Shown here piece after piece: positions 15,789 through 25,602 of a stretch of DNA of 64,000 nucleotides. This DNA comes from Prosthecobacter sp. GTDB taxonomy: Bacteria > Verrucomicrobiota > Verrucomicrobiia > Verrucomicrobiales > Verrucomicrobiaceae. The stretch spans positions 11,044-75,043 of the forward strand of contig NZ_JAQSEA010000306.1 of assembly GCF_029946185.1 (NCBI RefSeq). The letters run 5' to 3'. The notes under the pieces were generated by a model. It saw only the letters and a list, made by a program, of their open reading frames with translations. It did no database searches and was not told where the DNA came from. Within the stretch, counting starts at the first letter, position 1. Each line of letters opens with the position of its first letter. A program made the translations under genes and the position numbers.

Positions 15789-18251
15789 TCACTTCGGCTG
15801 ATACTTCGGATAGCGTTGCTGAAGCTGCTGCAGCATCTGCTTGGACTTGGCGGAGTCACCGGCCTTCTGCAGTACCTGGGCGGCTTTGTAGAGAGCGTTG
15901 GGGGTGACATCGGGATCATCAAAGAACTGGCTGGGCACGGCATACTTGGCAGCAGCGTCCTTCCATTTGCCGGCGGCGGCATCCTTCTGGCCTTCAGCGG
16001 CAAGTTTGTCACCCTGCGCAGCATAGATGTCGCCTTCGAGTATAAGGAGTTCGGCCTGGAGCCTGCCGTCTTTGACCACTTGCAGGGCCTCCTGGGCCAC
16101 CTTGTCGGCTTCATCAAAGAGTCCTTTGCCAAGCTGGGCACGGCCTTTGGTCAGCAGCGCACGTGAGCGCGTGGCGCTGTCGGGCTCTGATTTGAGAAAG
16201 TTGTCCGTGGCCTGAATGCTGGCGTCGTACTGCTGGTTGTTGAGCTGCGCCATGCCGAGGTAGTTCCACACGACAGGCTCGGTGTTCTCCGGGTTTTTCG
16301 GGGTGACGGCGAGTTCGAGGAAACGGGCGGCACGTTTGTAGTCGTCGCTGCTGTAAAGCTTGAGGCCGAGCCATTTCAAAATATTCGAGGGCACCAGGCC
16401 GGCGGGTTTGGACTGCAGGTAGTTGTCGATGGTTTTGGCGAGATTGTCGGCGTTCTGGCGTGCGTAGTCGCAGAGGATGATGAGCTGGCTGGACTTTTCG
16501 AGGTAGCCTTTGCTGTCGATCTCAATGGAGCGGCGCAGGGCCGGAACAGCCTTGTCGTAGATCTTCTGGTCGAAATTGCCCCGGCCGATGCCGTAGTAGG
16601 CCTGTGCGGCGGCGGTGGTGGCGGGGAATTGTTTCAGCAGCGTTTCAAACGCTACGATCATGCCCTTTGGATCCTTCTGCTCCATCGCGATGAAGCCGAG
16701 CTGCAGCCAGGAGAGTTCGCAGGCGTCGGATTTGGGGAATTCTTTGGTGACGTGTTCAAAGTCAGCCTTCGCCTTGGGCAGATCGCGAGCATCGCGGTTC
16801 GCGAGACCACGGCGGGCGTAGGCCTTGGGGAGGAACTCATGCCCGGGATTTTCGCTGATGAAACGGGTGAAGGTGCCCACGGCCTCCTGATGGCGTCCGG
16901 CCTCACCCTGTGCCCAGCCCATGTTGAAGAGCGTGCCCGGGCGGAGCTTTTCGGGCAGTTTGTCGAGGCCGATCTCATTGTAGCTCAGCGCCGCCTGCTG
17001 GTAGTCGCCTTTGTTGAAGTAAAAGTCAGCGCGGATCAGGCGTGCCAGCGAGAGGTATTCATGATTGGGGTGCTTTGGCGCCTGACGTGTAATGAAGGCG
17101 GTGGCGAACTCGCCGAGGTCCTTGTCATTCAGCAGATAGAAGCAGTACAACTTCCAGTATCCCGCACTGAAGGCTTCTTCCGTGTCGGCATGATACTGCT
17201 CGATGAGCAGGTAAACTTCAACGGCACGGGCATAACTCTTTCGCATGCGGTAGGCGTGGCCGACGAGCAGCAGCATCTTGGCACGTGCGGCTCCTTGCGG
17301 CAGGACTTCGGAGTTTTTGTTGTAGTAGTCGATGACGCCGTCGTAATCACCCTTGGCATAGAGCGCCTGAATGATGCCCACGAGGGAGATGCCGCGGTTT
17401 AGCTCGCTGGTTTCCGGCATGCGCAGCGCCTTTTCAAACATCGTGATGGACTCTTCCGGCTTATTGAGTTCGGCATAGAGCACGGCCGCACGAATGCTGG
17501 CCTCGGCGATGATGGCCCGGTCGGCGCTGGTCTTGACAAGTTCGTCAAAAATAGGCAACGCCTCGGCCTTTTTGTCCTGACCGAGGTAGATGCTACCGAG
17601 CGTGAGCAGTGACGTTTCGCGGTAAGGATTGTCGGTTTTCACCGCGATCACGCTGTTCAAGGCGGCTGCCTGTCTGGGCTTATCGCCAGCCATTTCATAG
17701 GCGCGGCTTTTGTTGTAGGCGGCAGCCAGCCGGACGGCAGCGCTCTTGGTTTTGGTTTCGGAAAAGTCGAAAAATTTGGCTGAGTCAGAAAACTTGGAGT
17801 CGTTGAACATCATCGCACCGAGGCGATAGGCGCAGGAGGGGGCTCCTTCGCTATCCGGGTAGCGGTTCACGACTTCTTCGTAATAGCCAGCGGCCTGCTT
17901 GAGCTGGTTTTGCTTCATGTAGCACTCGCCCATGCGGTAGAGTGCATCGGGCACCTGCCTGCCGGTGGGATACTGCTGCAGATATTTTCCATACGACTGC
18001 GCGGCCATGCCCCACTCCTGGCGGTCATAGGACAGCGTGGCAAAGTCGAACATGTCGTCATCAGGCCCCTTGGTCCTCGGCGGCGGACTCACGGGAATGG
18101 CCTTCGGCACGGGCGCATCATCTTCGACTGGCAGGGCACGCGGAGGGGCTGGCTGCTGCGCCATGGAAGAGAACGCTGCCAGGCAGAAAAGCACTGGCAT
18201 CAGACGGGGCGCAAGAATGCGCGGCAGGTTGGAAAACTTCGCGGCGGTCAT
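15789..18251 (-). CDS. large TPR-repeat protein with N-terminal anchor/signal and Pro-rich linker (CpoB/YbgF-like repeats)
   Basis: Start moved to ATG 18251 ('MTAAKFSNLPRILAPRLMPVLFCLAAFSSMA'). A Pro-rich 'QQPAPPRALPVEDDAPVPKAIPVSPPPR' follows, then many TPR units with the recurring pattern 'YP.S....A.YR.G'. The start is 1 nt after the exbD stop. Confidence 0.85.
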   Translation of the reverse strand: MTAAKFSNLPRILAPRLMPVLFCLAAFSSMAQQPAPPRALPVEDDAPVPKAIPVSPPPRTKGPDDDMFDFATLSYDRQEWGMAAQSYGKYLQQYPTGRQVPDALYRMGECYMKQNQLKQAAGYYEEVVNRYPDSEGAPSCAYRLGAMMFNDSKFSDSAKFFDFSETKTKSAAVRLAAAYNKSRAYEMAGDKPRQAAALNSVIAVKTDNPYRETSLLTLGSIYLGQDKKAEALPIFDELVKTSADRAIIAEASIRAAVLYAELNKPEESITMFEKALRMPETSELNRGISLVGIIQALYAKGDYDGVIDYYNKNSEVLPQGAARAKMLLLVGHAYRMRKSYARAVEVYLLIEQYHADTEEAFSAGYWKLYCFYLLNDKDLGEFATAFITRQAPKHPNHEYLSLARLIRADFYFNKGDYQQAALSYNEIGLDKLPEKLRPGTLFNMGWAQGEAGRHQEAVGTFTRFISENPGHEFLPKAYARRGLANRDARDLPKAKADFEHVTKEFPKSDACELSWLQLGFIAMEQKDPKGMIVAFETLLKQFPATTAAAQAYYGIGRGNFDQKIYDKAVPALRRSIEIDSKGYLEKSSQLIILCDYARQNADNLAKTIDNYLQSKPAGLVPSNILKWLGLKLYSSDDYKRAARFLELAVTPKNPENTEPVVWNYLGMAQLNNQQYDASIQATDNFLKSEPDSATRSRALLTKGRAQLGKGLFDEADKVAQEALQVVKDGRLQAELLILEGDIYAAQGDKLAAEGQKDAAAGKWKDAAAKYAVPSQFFDDPDVTPNALYKAAQVLQKAGDSAKSKQMLQQLQQRYPKYQPK

Positions 18252-18252
18252 C

Positions 18253-18696
18253 TCACTTGGTCGTGGCGGCAGGTTGGTCGGCGTCAGGTTTGCGTGTGGC
18301 AAAGGCGATGTTCCAGATGCCAGCCTTCTGGCAGGTGTCCAGCACGCGGATGACGTTCTGGTAGGGGGTGCCTTCATCACCCCGCAGGATCACGGCCTGA
18401 TCCTTGTAAAGCGAGACGATGTTCTTCAGCTTCACCAGCAACTCATCGGGGTTGAATTTCTGGCCGTTGACGAGGATCTCCCCGTCTTTTTTGATGTTGA
18501 TGATGATCTCACCGACATTGCGGGACTCCTTCTCCTTGCCCTCGTCGGCCGCAGGCACGCTGACATCCATGACCTGCTCCTCCTTGGCATACTGGAAGGT
18601 CACGGCAAAGAAAATGACGAGCAGGAACAGCACGTCCACCAGCGGCGCGAGCTGCATGGGCGAGGGTTCGATAGAATGCTGTTTTCTGAAATTCAT
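18253..18696 (-). CDS. ExbD/TolR family biopolymer transport protein
   Basis: 147 aa. 'MQLAPLVDVLFLLVIFFAV' is the single TM with the conserved Asp. The periplasmic domain carries 'ILRGDEGTPYQNVIRVLD'. Confidence 0.9.
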   Translation of the reverse strand: MNFRKQHSIEPSPMQLAPLVDVLFLLVIFFAVTFQYAKEEQVMDVSVPAADEGKEKESRNVGEIIINIKKDGEILVNGQKFNPDELLVKLKNIVSLYKDQAVILRGDEGTPYQNVIRVLDTCQKAGIWNIAFATRKPDADQPAATTK

Positions 18697-18717
18697 CGCG
18701 AAAGGAGATCTGCCTGT

Positions 18718-19530
18718 TTACTGGCCGGCGACGGCGCGTGCGGCACGCTTGTACTGCACCGCGAGCAGGGCCATCAGGTGGGTCGTCGCGGCTTCCATTT
18801 CAGAGATCAGGCGGTTCACCTTGCCACGGAAGATGGCGTAGAACATGAGGGCAGGAATGCCGATGACGAGTCCCGAGGCCGTGCACAGCAGCGCTTCGGA
18901 CACCCCTTGGGCGAGTCCCAGCTGGTTCGAGCCGCCGACTCCCTTGCCGGAAATTTCATGGAAGGTCGTGATCATGCCCAGCGTCGTACCGAGCAGGCCA
19001 AGCATGGGGGCGATGGCACCGACGTCTCCCAAATAGGCGATGCGAGCCAGCAGCAGGCTGGACTGGCGGTTGCCCTCGGCCTCGGTGACTTCTTTAACTT
19101 CTTCAAAGCTCGCTGTCGGGTTGCGCGTGGCAAAGTCGAGCGTCTTGGAGGTGATGCGAGCGATGCATTCGTTGCGGCGATTGCACACCGCCAGCAGCCC
19201 TAGGTAGTCCTGCTTGCGGATCAGGGCGTCCGCCGAATTCATGAAGGCATCGCTGACCACGGTGCCCTGCCGAACTGTGAAGGCGAAGAGCACAATCATA
19301 AAGAACGCGATCATCGACAGAATGATCAGCGGGTAGGCCATGACCCCGGTGCGCTTGACGAAACCGTTGAAGGTCAGCACATCACCATAGGGATTGTCTT
19401 CTTCGACGTGGGCTGTGGTCACGGTGACACCAGGCGCGGCAGGCACAGGCTGCTGGGACTGGGCTTTGAGGTTCACCGTGAAGATGACGGCCACCAGCAC
19501 TGCCAGGGCGAAGAAGATTTTTCGATGCAT
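18718..19530 (-). CDS. MotA/TolQ/ExbB proton-channel family protein
   Basis: 'APMLGLLGTTLGMITTF' and 'ALLCTASGLVIGIPALMFY' are hallmark helices. There is an N-terminal signal plus an extension. Confidence 0.9.
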   Translation of the reverse strand: MHRKIFFALAVLVAVIFTVNLKAQSQQPVPAAPGVTVTTAHVEEDNPYGDVLTFNGFVKRTGVMAYPLIILSMIAFFMIVLFAFTVRQGTVVSDAFMNSADALIRKQDYLGLLAVCNRRNECIARITSKTLDFATRNPTASFEEVKEVTEAEGNRQSSLLLARIAYLGDVGAIAPMLGLLGTTLGMITTFHEISGKGVGGSNQLGLAQGVSEALLCTASGLVIGIPALMFYAIFRGKVNRLISEMEAATTHLMALLAVQYKRAARAVAGQ

Positions 19531-19596
19531 GAGGTGGCGACTGTAAACGTGTGCGCCAGCCTTGCAAGGGGCCGGTGGCTGGCTTTCCCGGCCCGG

Positions 19597-21039
19597 TCAG
19601 GCCAGCAATTCCCGCACCACCTTGCACTCGTTTACGCCCGTGAGACGGAAATCCAGCCCCGCGTATTTGTACGTGAACTTTTCGTGGTCGAAGCCCAAAA
19701 TTCGCAAAATCGTGGCGTGCAGGTCATGCACATGCACCGGATTTTCCTGCGCGGCGAAGCCAAATTCATCGGTGGAACCATGCGTATAGCCACCCCGCAC
19801 CCCGCCACCCGCCAGCCACATGGTGAAGCCGTAGTGGTTGTGGTCGCGACCATGCTGCTTACCCGCATTGGCACCGGGCGTCGGAAGTTCCACCGCCGGT
19901 GTGCGGCCAAATTCGCCGCCCCACATCATCAGAGTGTCATCCCAGAGCCCGCGCTGCTTCAAGTCACCCATGAAGGCAGCAATCGCCCCGTCCGTCTGCA
20001 GGCCCAGTTTGCGGTGTTCAAGAATTTCGTCGTGATTGTCCCAGGGTTGGCCCGCGCCGGTCCAGAGCTGGATGAAGCGCACTCCCCGCTCCAGCAAACG
20101 CCGTGCAATCAGGCACTGGCGGCCAAAAGCATGGTCACCATACATCTTCCTCACCGATTCCGGCTCCTTCATGATGTCGAAGGCGTCCGTGGCCTCCATC
20201 TGCATGCGGTAGGCCAGTTCGTAGCTCTGCACCCGGGCTTCCAGCTGCTGGTCGCGGTCCTGCTGTACCAGATTACGCTGGTTCAATTCCTGCAGCAGGT
20301 CGAGCTGGCGGCGCTGCTGCTTCAAGTCGAGCGAGCCGTTCTTGATGAATTCCACGAGTTTTTCGACCCGGGTGTCCTCCGTGTTGATGTAGGCTCCCTG
20401 ATAGGCGCTCGGCAGGAAGGCAGACTGCCAGTTCTTCGTGCGCCGCGTCGGCATGCCTCCTGGGCACATGGCGATGTAGCCGGGCAGGTTGTGATTTTCA
20501 CTGCCCAGACCGTAGGTCACCCACGATCCCATCGTCGGGCGGTTCAAGCGGCCCTCGCCGCTGTTCATCAGGCCAAGGGAAGGCTCATGGTTCGGCACGT
20601 CGGCGTGCATGGAGCGGATCACGCAGAGGTCATCGGCAAAGGCACCTGTCTTTTCAAAGACCTCGCTCACTTCGAGCCCGCACTCACCGCGTTTCGTGAA
20701 TTTGAAGGGGGATTTGAAGCCCGCACCCGTAGGACGCTCCGTTTTGAGCACGTTCGGCAGCGGTTTGCCGTCGTATTGGTCCAGCATCGGCTTCGGATCG
20801 AAGGTATCGACGTGAGACGGCCCGCCGTTCATGAAGAAATGCACCACCCGCTTGGCCTTTGGCTCAAAATGCGGACGCTTCACCGCCATCGGGTCCATCG
20901 TTGCCGCAGAGGCCTGCGATGTGAACAGCGAGCCGGCGGCCATCGTGCCAAAGCCCATGCCGACACGCTGCAGCAGTTCGCGACGTGTCAAAAAGGCATG
21001 CTCCAAGTTTGGGGCATGATGTGAAAAAATTGAACTCAT
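19597..21039 (-). CDS. DUF1501 domain protein (sulfatase-fold, Tat-type signal)
   Basis: 'LTRRELLQRVGMGFGTMAAGSL' is a Tat-like leader. The DUF1501-typical body includes 'VVHFFMNGGPSHVDTFDPKP', 'IRSMHADVPNHEP' and 'GRDHN'. An alternative upstream start lies at 21090. Confidence 0.88.
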   Translation of the reverse strand: MSSIFSHHAPNLEHAFLTRRELLQRVGMGFGTMAAGSLFTSQASAATMDPMAVKRPHFEPKAKRVVHFFMNGGPSHVDTFDPKPMLDQYDGKPLPNVLKTERPTGAGFKSPFKFTKRGECGLEVSEVFEKTGAFADDLCVIRSMHADVPNHEPSLGLMNSGEGRLNRPTMGSWVTYGLGSENHNLPGYIAMCPGGMPTRRTKNWQSAFLPSAYQGAYINTEDTRVEKLVEFIKNGSLDLKQQRRQLDLLQELNQRNLVQQDRDQQLEARVQSYELAYRMQMEATDAFDIMKEPESVRKMYGDHAFGRQCLIARRLLERGVRFIQLWTGAGQPWDNHDEILEHRKLGLQTDGAIAAFMGDLKQRGLWDDTLMMWGGEFGRTPAVELPTPGANAGKQHGRDHNHYGFTMWLAGGGVRGGYTHGSTDEFGFAAQENPVHVHDLHATILRILGFDHEKFTYKYAGLDFRLTGVNECKVVRELLA

Positions 21040-21168
21040 GGGGGGTATGTATGATACGTCTCTGCCAGCTGATGCTTTCGCCTGATTCATAGCACAAAAA
21101 CGCGCAAAAAAGGAGTGAAAGCTGCTGATGAAAAAAACGCCCGGTAGCCGTATCCTTCGTACCCCCTA

Positions 21169-24100
21169 ATGTCTCTGCCTTTACGCCATCTTTCCTTGGC
21201 CGCCTTTGTCGTCGGCTCGTTTTCTCTTTCTGCCGCTCCCGCATGGAAAGACGCGGAAGTCGTTCTCAAAGCCAAATGCTACGAGTGCCACAACCCCAAA
21301 AAGACCAAAGGGGACGTGGATTTGCAGCAGTTTGCCGCTGATCCACAGCTCACCAAGCACTTTGAAATCTGGCTCAAGGTCAAAGACACCATCGAAAACG
21401 GCGACATGCCGCCGCCAAAGGCGCACCAGATGTCCGATCAGGAGCACACCGCCCTCCTCGGCTGGGTGAATGGGGAGCTCGATGCCCTAGCCACCGCGCA
21501 ATCGGGCGATCCTGGCCCCGTGACCATGCGGCGCCTCACCAACGCCGAGTACGACTACACCATCCGCGACCTGACCCGCCACGACTACGGCTTTGCCAAG
21601 GAATTCCAAACCGACGGCGGCGGCGGCGAGGGCTTCAGCAATACCGGCGATGTCCTCTTCATGAGCCCGGCAGCGCTGGACAAATACTTCGGTGCCGCCC
21701 GCAAGGTGGCCGACCACGCCACCATCATGCCGGGCACAGGCATTGTTTTCAATCCACAGCGCATCGGCCTGCGTGGGCCAGAGCAGGTGAAAGCGCAGGC
21801 GCAACAGGCCCTGTATGTCTGGTATCAGCAGAAAGCCGCACCGCATCTGCCCCAAGATGGCGATGACATGCTCGAGGCGGACTACATGGTCGCCTGCTGG
21901 AAGCACAAGCATTTCCAAACCCCGCTCGAACAACTCGCCAAAGACGGCGGCCTGAAGCTGCCCTTCCTGCAAAACTGGAACACCCTCGTCAACGCCACCG
22001 AGCCCAAGTCACGCTTTCTCGATCTCACCCGTGTGGCATGGCGTGAACTCCCCGCCCCCGAAGTCACCAAGCCCGGCCAGGTGCCGCAAGCGGTGGTTGA
22101 TGGAGCCAAGGCCATCCAAGCGCAGTTGCTTTCATGGAACAATCCCAAGAAAGCCGGCAGCGGTGTGCAGCGACGCCAGCAGGATGCGGATGGCATTCGC
22201 CCCTACCAGATGAACATCGAGGTGAAGGGCAAAAAGCAGGCCTTTCTCTGCATTGGCGATGATGGTGACGGCAACAAAGGCGACATCGCCCTCATTACGA
22301 AGCTTGATCTGAAGACCACCAAGGGACCGCTGCTTTATCTCAACTGGCTCAACAAGCAGCTCGATGAAGATCGCAAAGCCCTCGCCGCGATTCCACCACC
22401 AGCGAATGCAGAAGCGCTGAAACAACGCATCACAGAGCTCGAACGTGTGAAAAGCGCCTTCGGCAAACATCCCCAGGGCCGCCCAATCGAGCCCGGTGTG
22501 CTCGCCATCGCCGCACCGCTTGCCTTCACCCTGCCACTCCCTGAGAACGTCACCTGGATTCACGCTGAAGCCCGGCTGGATCTGCAAAACCCCGACATCA
22601 ATGACGGCACCATCCAATGGGATCTCACGGCCGACAAACCACGGGATGTCACCAAGATCATGCCCGGCATTCTCACTGTGTGGAAAACGCAGACAGATGC
22701 CGCGCGCAACACCATGCGGGATTTCAGCGCCATGAAGCAGGCCTTTCCGGACATGTATGAGCGCCGGCTCGAAGAAGTCGCCAGCAATCTCTACCGCCGC
22801 AAACCCGGCATCACCGTCTATTACTTCAGCGATGAGCAACTCGGTCAAATCCTCGGTGTCAAAGATCGTGATCTGCTAGCGGCGATGAAGAAGGACTTCA
22901 GCCTCACCGCCCCGCCAAACCTCAATCCCCAGCAGCAGAAGGAATTTGACGGTGCCATGCTCTACAATCTGCACAGTTTTGCCGGCCGCGCCTGGCGTCG
23001 TCCAATCAGCGATGAGGAAAGGCAGAAGCTCGATGCGCTGTACATCGACGGCCGCAAAAAGGAACTCGACCGCGAATCCGCCGCGCGCGAGGTTCTCGTT
23101 CGCGTGCTCGTCTCGCCCTACTTCCTGTTCAAAGCCGAGACCCTGCCGATGGCCAATGTCGCCCCCGGGGACGTCAAGCTCAGCGCCTTCGAACTCGCCT
23201 CCCGCCTCAGCTACTTCCTCTGGGCCTCGCAGCCCGACTGGGAACTGCGTAAAGCCGCCAATGACGGCAGCATCTTGAAGCCCGAAGTCCTCGCCGCACA
23301 GACCAAGCGCATGCTGCGCGATCCAAAAGCCAACGCCCTCGCCAAAGAATTCGCCGGGCAGTGGCTCAAGTTCAGCGGCTTCGATGCGCAAAGCACCGTC
23401 GATGAGAAAAAGTATCCGCAGTTCACCCCCGAACTCCGCAACGACATGCAGCGCGAGATCACCGAGTTCTTCACGCATCTCGTACGCGATGACCGCAACG
23501 TCGCCGACATCATGGGTGGCGACTACACCTTCCTCAACGAGCGCCTCGCCAAATTCTACGATGTCCCCGGCGTCACCGGTGGTGACTTCCGCGAAGTCAA
23601 AGTCGCAGAGCAGCATCGCGGCGGCCTCCTCGGCATGGGGGCCATCCTGACCAAGACCTCACGCCCCAATCGCACCAGCCCCGTACTTCGCGGCGACTAC
23701 CTCTATCAGGTCGTGCTCGGCTTCAGCTCACCACCACCACCACCGAATGTACCCAAGCTGCCCGACAGCGCCGAAAAGCCCGCCTCTTTACGCGAGGCTC
23801 TGATGCAGCATCGCGCGGATCAAGCCTGCTCCGTCTGCCATGACCGCATCGATCCACTCGGCTTCGCACTCGAAAGCTTTGACCCCATCGGCCGCTTCCG
23901 CATGGCCGATGAAACCGGCGGCAAGATCGATGACACCGGCGAACTCAAAGACGGCACCAAGTTCCAGGGCCTCGCCGGTCTGCGCGACTACCTCAAAAAG
24001 AACGAACCCAACTTCACCGCCCAGTTCTGCCGCAAGCTCCTCGGCTACGCCCTCGGCCGTCAGACCATGCCCAGCGACAAAGCACTCCTCACGCACATGC

Positions 24101-24213
24101 AAGCCGCCCTCAAGCAAAACAACGGCAAGTTCTCCGCCGCCGTCCTCGACGTCGTCAACAGCCGCCAGTTCCTCAATCGCCGCAGCGAGCCAGCGATGGC
24201 TTCCAACCAATAA
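21169..24213 (+). CDS. DUF1592/DUF1595/DUF1588/DUF1587/DUF1585-type protein with N-terminal CxxCH motif
   Basis: 1014 aa with a signal peptide and 'KCYECHNPKKTKGDVDL' (planctomycete cytochrome-c-type motif). The C-terminal 'CSVCHDRIDPLGFALESFD' is typical of this PVC family. A DUF1552 gene follows 12 nt downstream. Confidence 0.88.
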   Translation: MSLPLRHLSLAAFVVGSFSLSAAPAWKDAEVVLKAKCYECHNPKKTKGDVDLQQFAADPQLTKHFEIWLKVKDTIENGDMPPPKAHQMSDQEHTALLGWVNGELDALATAQSGDPGPVTMRRLTNAEYDYTIRDLTRHDYGFAKEFQTDGGGGEGFSNTGDVLFMSPAALDKYFGAARKVADHATIMPGTGIVFNPQRIGLRGPEQVKAQAQQALYVWYQQKAAPHLPQDGDDMLEADYMVACWKHKHFQTPLEQLAKDGGLKLPFLQNWNTLVNATEPKSRFLDLTRVAWRELPAPEVTKPGQVPQAVVDGAKAIQAQLLSWNNPKKAGSGVQRRQQDADGIRPYQMNIEVKGKKQAFLCIGDDGDGNKGDIALITKLDLKTTKGPLLYLNWLNKQLDEDRKALAAIPPPANAEALKQRITELERVKSAFGKHPQGRPIEPGVLAIAAPLAFTLPLPENVTWIHAEARLDLQNPDINDGTIQWDLTADKPRDVTKIMPGILTVWKTQTDAARNTMRDFSAMKQAFPDMYERRLEEVASNLYRRKPGITVYYFSDEQLGQILGVKDRDLLAAMKKDFSLTAPPNLNPQQQKEFDGAMLYNLHSFAGRAWRRPISDEERQKLDALYIDGRKKELDRESAAREVLVRVLVSPYFLFKAETLPMANVAPGDVKLSAFELASRLSYFLWASQPDWELRKAANDGSILKPEVLAAQTKRMLRDPKANALAKEFAGQWLKFSGFDAQSTVDEKKYPQFTPELRNDMQREITEFFTHLVRDDRNVADIMGGDYTFLNERLAKFYDVPGVTGGDFREVKVAEQHRGGLLGMGAILTKTSRPNRTSPVLRGDYLYQVVLGFSSPPPPPNVPKLPDSAEKPASLREALMQHRADQACSVCHDRIDPLGFALESFDPIGRFRMADETGGKIDDTGELKDGTKFQGLAGLRDYLKKNEPNFTAQFCRKLLGYALGRQTMPSDKALLTHMQAALKQNNGKFSAAVLDVVNSRQFLNRRSEPAMASNQ

Positions 24214-24225
24214 TCGCATTCCATT

Positions 24226-25545
24226 ATGAACCTTTCCCGTCGCAAATTTCTCCATGGCGCAGGCGTCGCCCTCGGCCTGCCATGGTTCGAATCCATCAGC
24301 TCTTTCGGAGCCGAATCGGTGAAGAACAACACCGCGCCGCGTCGTCTCGCTGTGTGCTTCACTGGCAACGGTGTCAATCCGCATCACTGGGGTGCCACCC
24401 AGGGTGCTGCGGGCATGGAGTTCATGAAGACACTCTCGCCATTGGAGCCGCTCAAGAAGCACGTCAGCGTGTTCAAAGGCCTCTGGAATCCGACCACCGT
24501 GGAAGGAGAAGGCGGCCACTATCCGAAGATGAACCTGCTCTGCGGTCTCAAGGTGAAGAAGACCACCACCGACGTCGAAGTCGGCACCACGATGGATCAG
24601 CTCATCGCCGCACAAACCGGCAAGTTCACGCCCATGCCGAGTGTCGTTCTCGGCACCGAGCGCCCCAGCTACAGCACGGATTCCGGCTTCACCTCCATCT
24701 ACTCCGCCTACATCTCCTGGAGCACCCCGACGACACCCGCTCCGAAGGAAATCTTCCCGCAGCAGGCCTTCGACCAGCTCTTTGACGACGGCAGCAAGCG
24801 CAAGCGCGACAAGAGCATCCTCGACCTCGTACTCGAAGACGCCGGCGCGCTGAAGCCCAAGCTCAGCCAGCGCGACAAACAAAAGCTCGACGAATACCTC
24901 ACCTCCGTGCGCGAGATCGAGCAGCGCGTCGAACTCGCCGAAAAAATCAGCAAGGCTGAAACCAACGGCGCAGGCTGGCAGCCCACCGTGAAAGTGGCCA
25001 CCATGGCGCGTCCCGGTGTCGGCATTCCCACCAGCGCGGAAGATCACCTGCGCCTCATGTTCGACATCATGCTCCTCGCCTTCCAGATGGACCGCACCCG
25101 CGTGGCCACGTTCATGATGAACAACGACCTCTCCAACATGCGCTTCCCCAGCCTCGATGGCATCAGCGGCGGCATCCATGAACTGTCCCACCACGCCAAT
25201 GACGAGCACCGCCTCGATATGTATCAGCGCGTCAATCAGCACCAGGTGAAGCTCTGGGGCGAATTCCTCGCCAAGATGCAGGCCACCAATGAAGGCGAGC
25301 GCACCCTGCTCGAAAACAGCATGATCATGCTCACCAGCAGCCTCTTCGATGGCAACGCACACGACTCCCGCCAGCTCCCCGTCGTCCTCGCCGGCGGCGG
25401 TGGTGGCACCATCCAAGGCGGTCGCTTCCACGATCTCAGCGCCGATCCGAACCGCAAAATGTGCCGCCTCCACATCGCCCTCATGGACCGCATGGGCCTC
25501 CACGTCGGCCACTTCGGTGATGCGGAGAACGCGCTGGCAATTTAG
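24226..25545 (+). CDS. DUF1552 (HxxSHH) domain protein
   Basis: 'MNLSRRKFLHGAGVALGLPWFES' is a Tat-like leader. 'GGIHELSHHAND' is the HxxSHH family signature. Confidence 0.9.
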   Translation: MNLSRRKFLHGAGVALGLPWFESISSFGAESVKNNTAPRRLAVCFTGNGVNPHHWGATQGAAGMEFMKTLSPLEPLKKHVSVFKGLWNPTTVEGEGGHYPKMNLLCGLKVKKTTTDVEVGTTMDQLIAAQTGKFTPMPSVVLGTERPSYSTDSGFTSIYSAYISWSTPTTPAPKEIFPQQAFDQLFDDGSKRKRDKSILDLVLEDAGALKPKLSQRDKQKLDEYLTSVREIEQRVELAEKISKAETNGAGWQPTVKVATMARPGVGIPTSAEDHLRLMFDIMLLAFQMDRTRVATFMMNNDLSNMRFPSLDGISGGIHELSHHANDEHRLDMYQRVNQHQVKLWGEFLAKMQATNEGERTLLENSMIMLTSSLFDGNAHDSRQLPVVLAGGGGGTIQGGRFHDLSADPNRKMCRLHIALMDRMGLHVGHFGDAENALAI

Positions 25546-25561
25546 ACAGTACTCAAGGCTG

Positions 25562-25585
25562 GCTTCATATCCATGTGGATGAAGC
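25562..25585. terminator. hairpin between convergent DUF1552 and DUF1549/1553 genes
   Basis: GCTTC(at)ATCCA-tg-TGGATGAAGC forms 5+5 bp with a 2-nt bulge. There is no clear U-tract. Confidence 0.3.
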
Positions 25586-25602
25586 AGGAGGGGTAAGTAG
25601 CC

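Noticed and set aside
15608-16141. N-terminal 178 codons of track ORF 15251..16141.
   Set aside because: This part is Pro/Ser/Arg-rich, overlaps the 3' end of the TPR gene on the same strand in another frame, and precedes a clean ATG plus signal peptide at 15607. Only the last 118 codons were kept.
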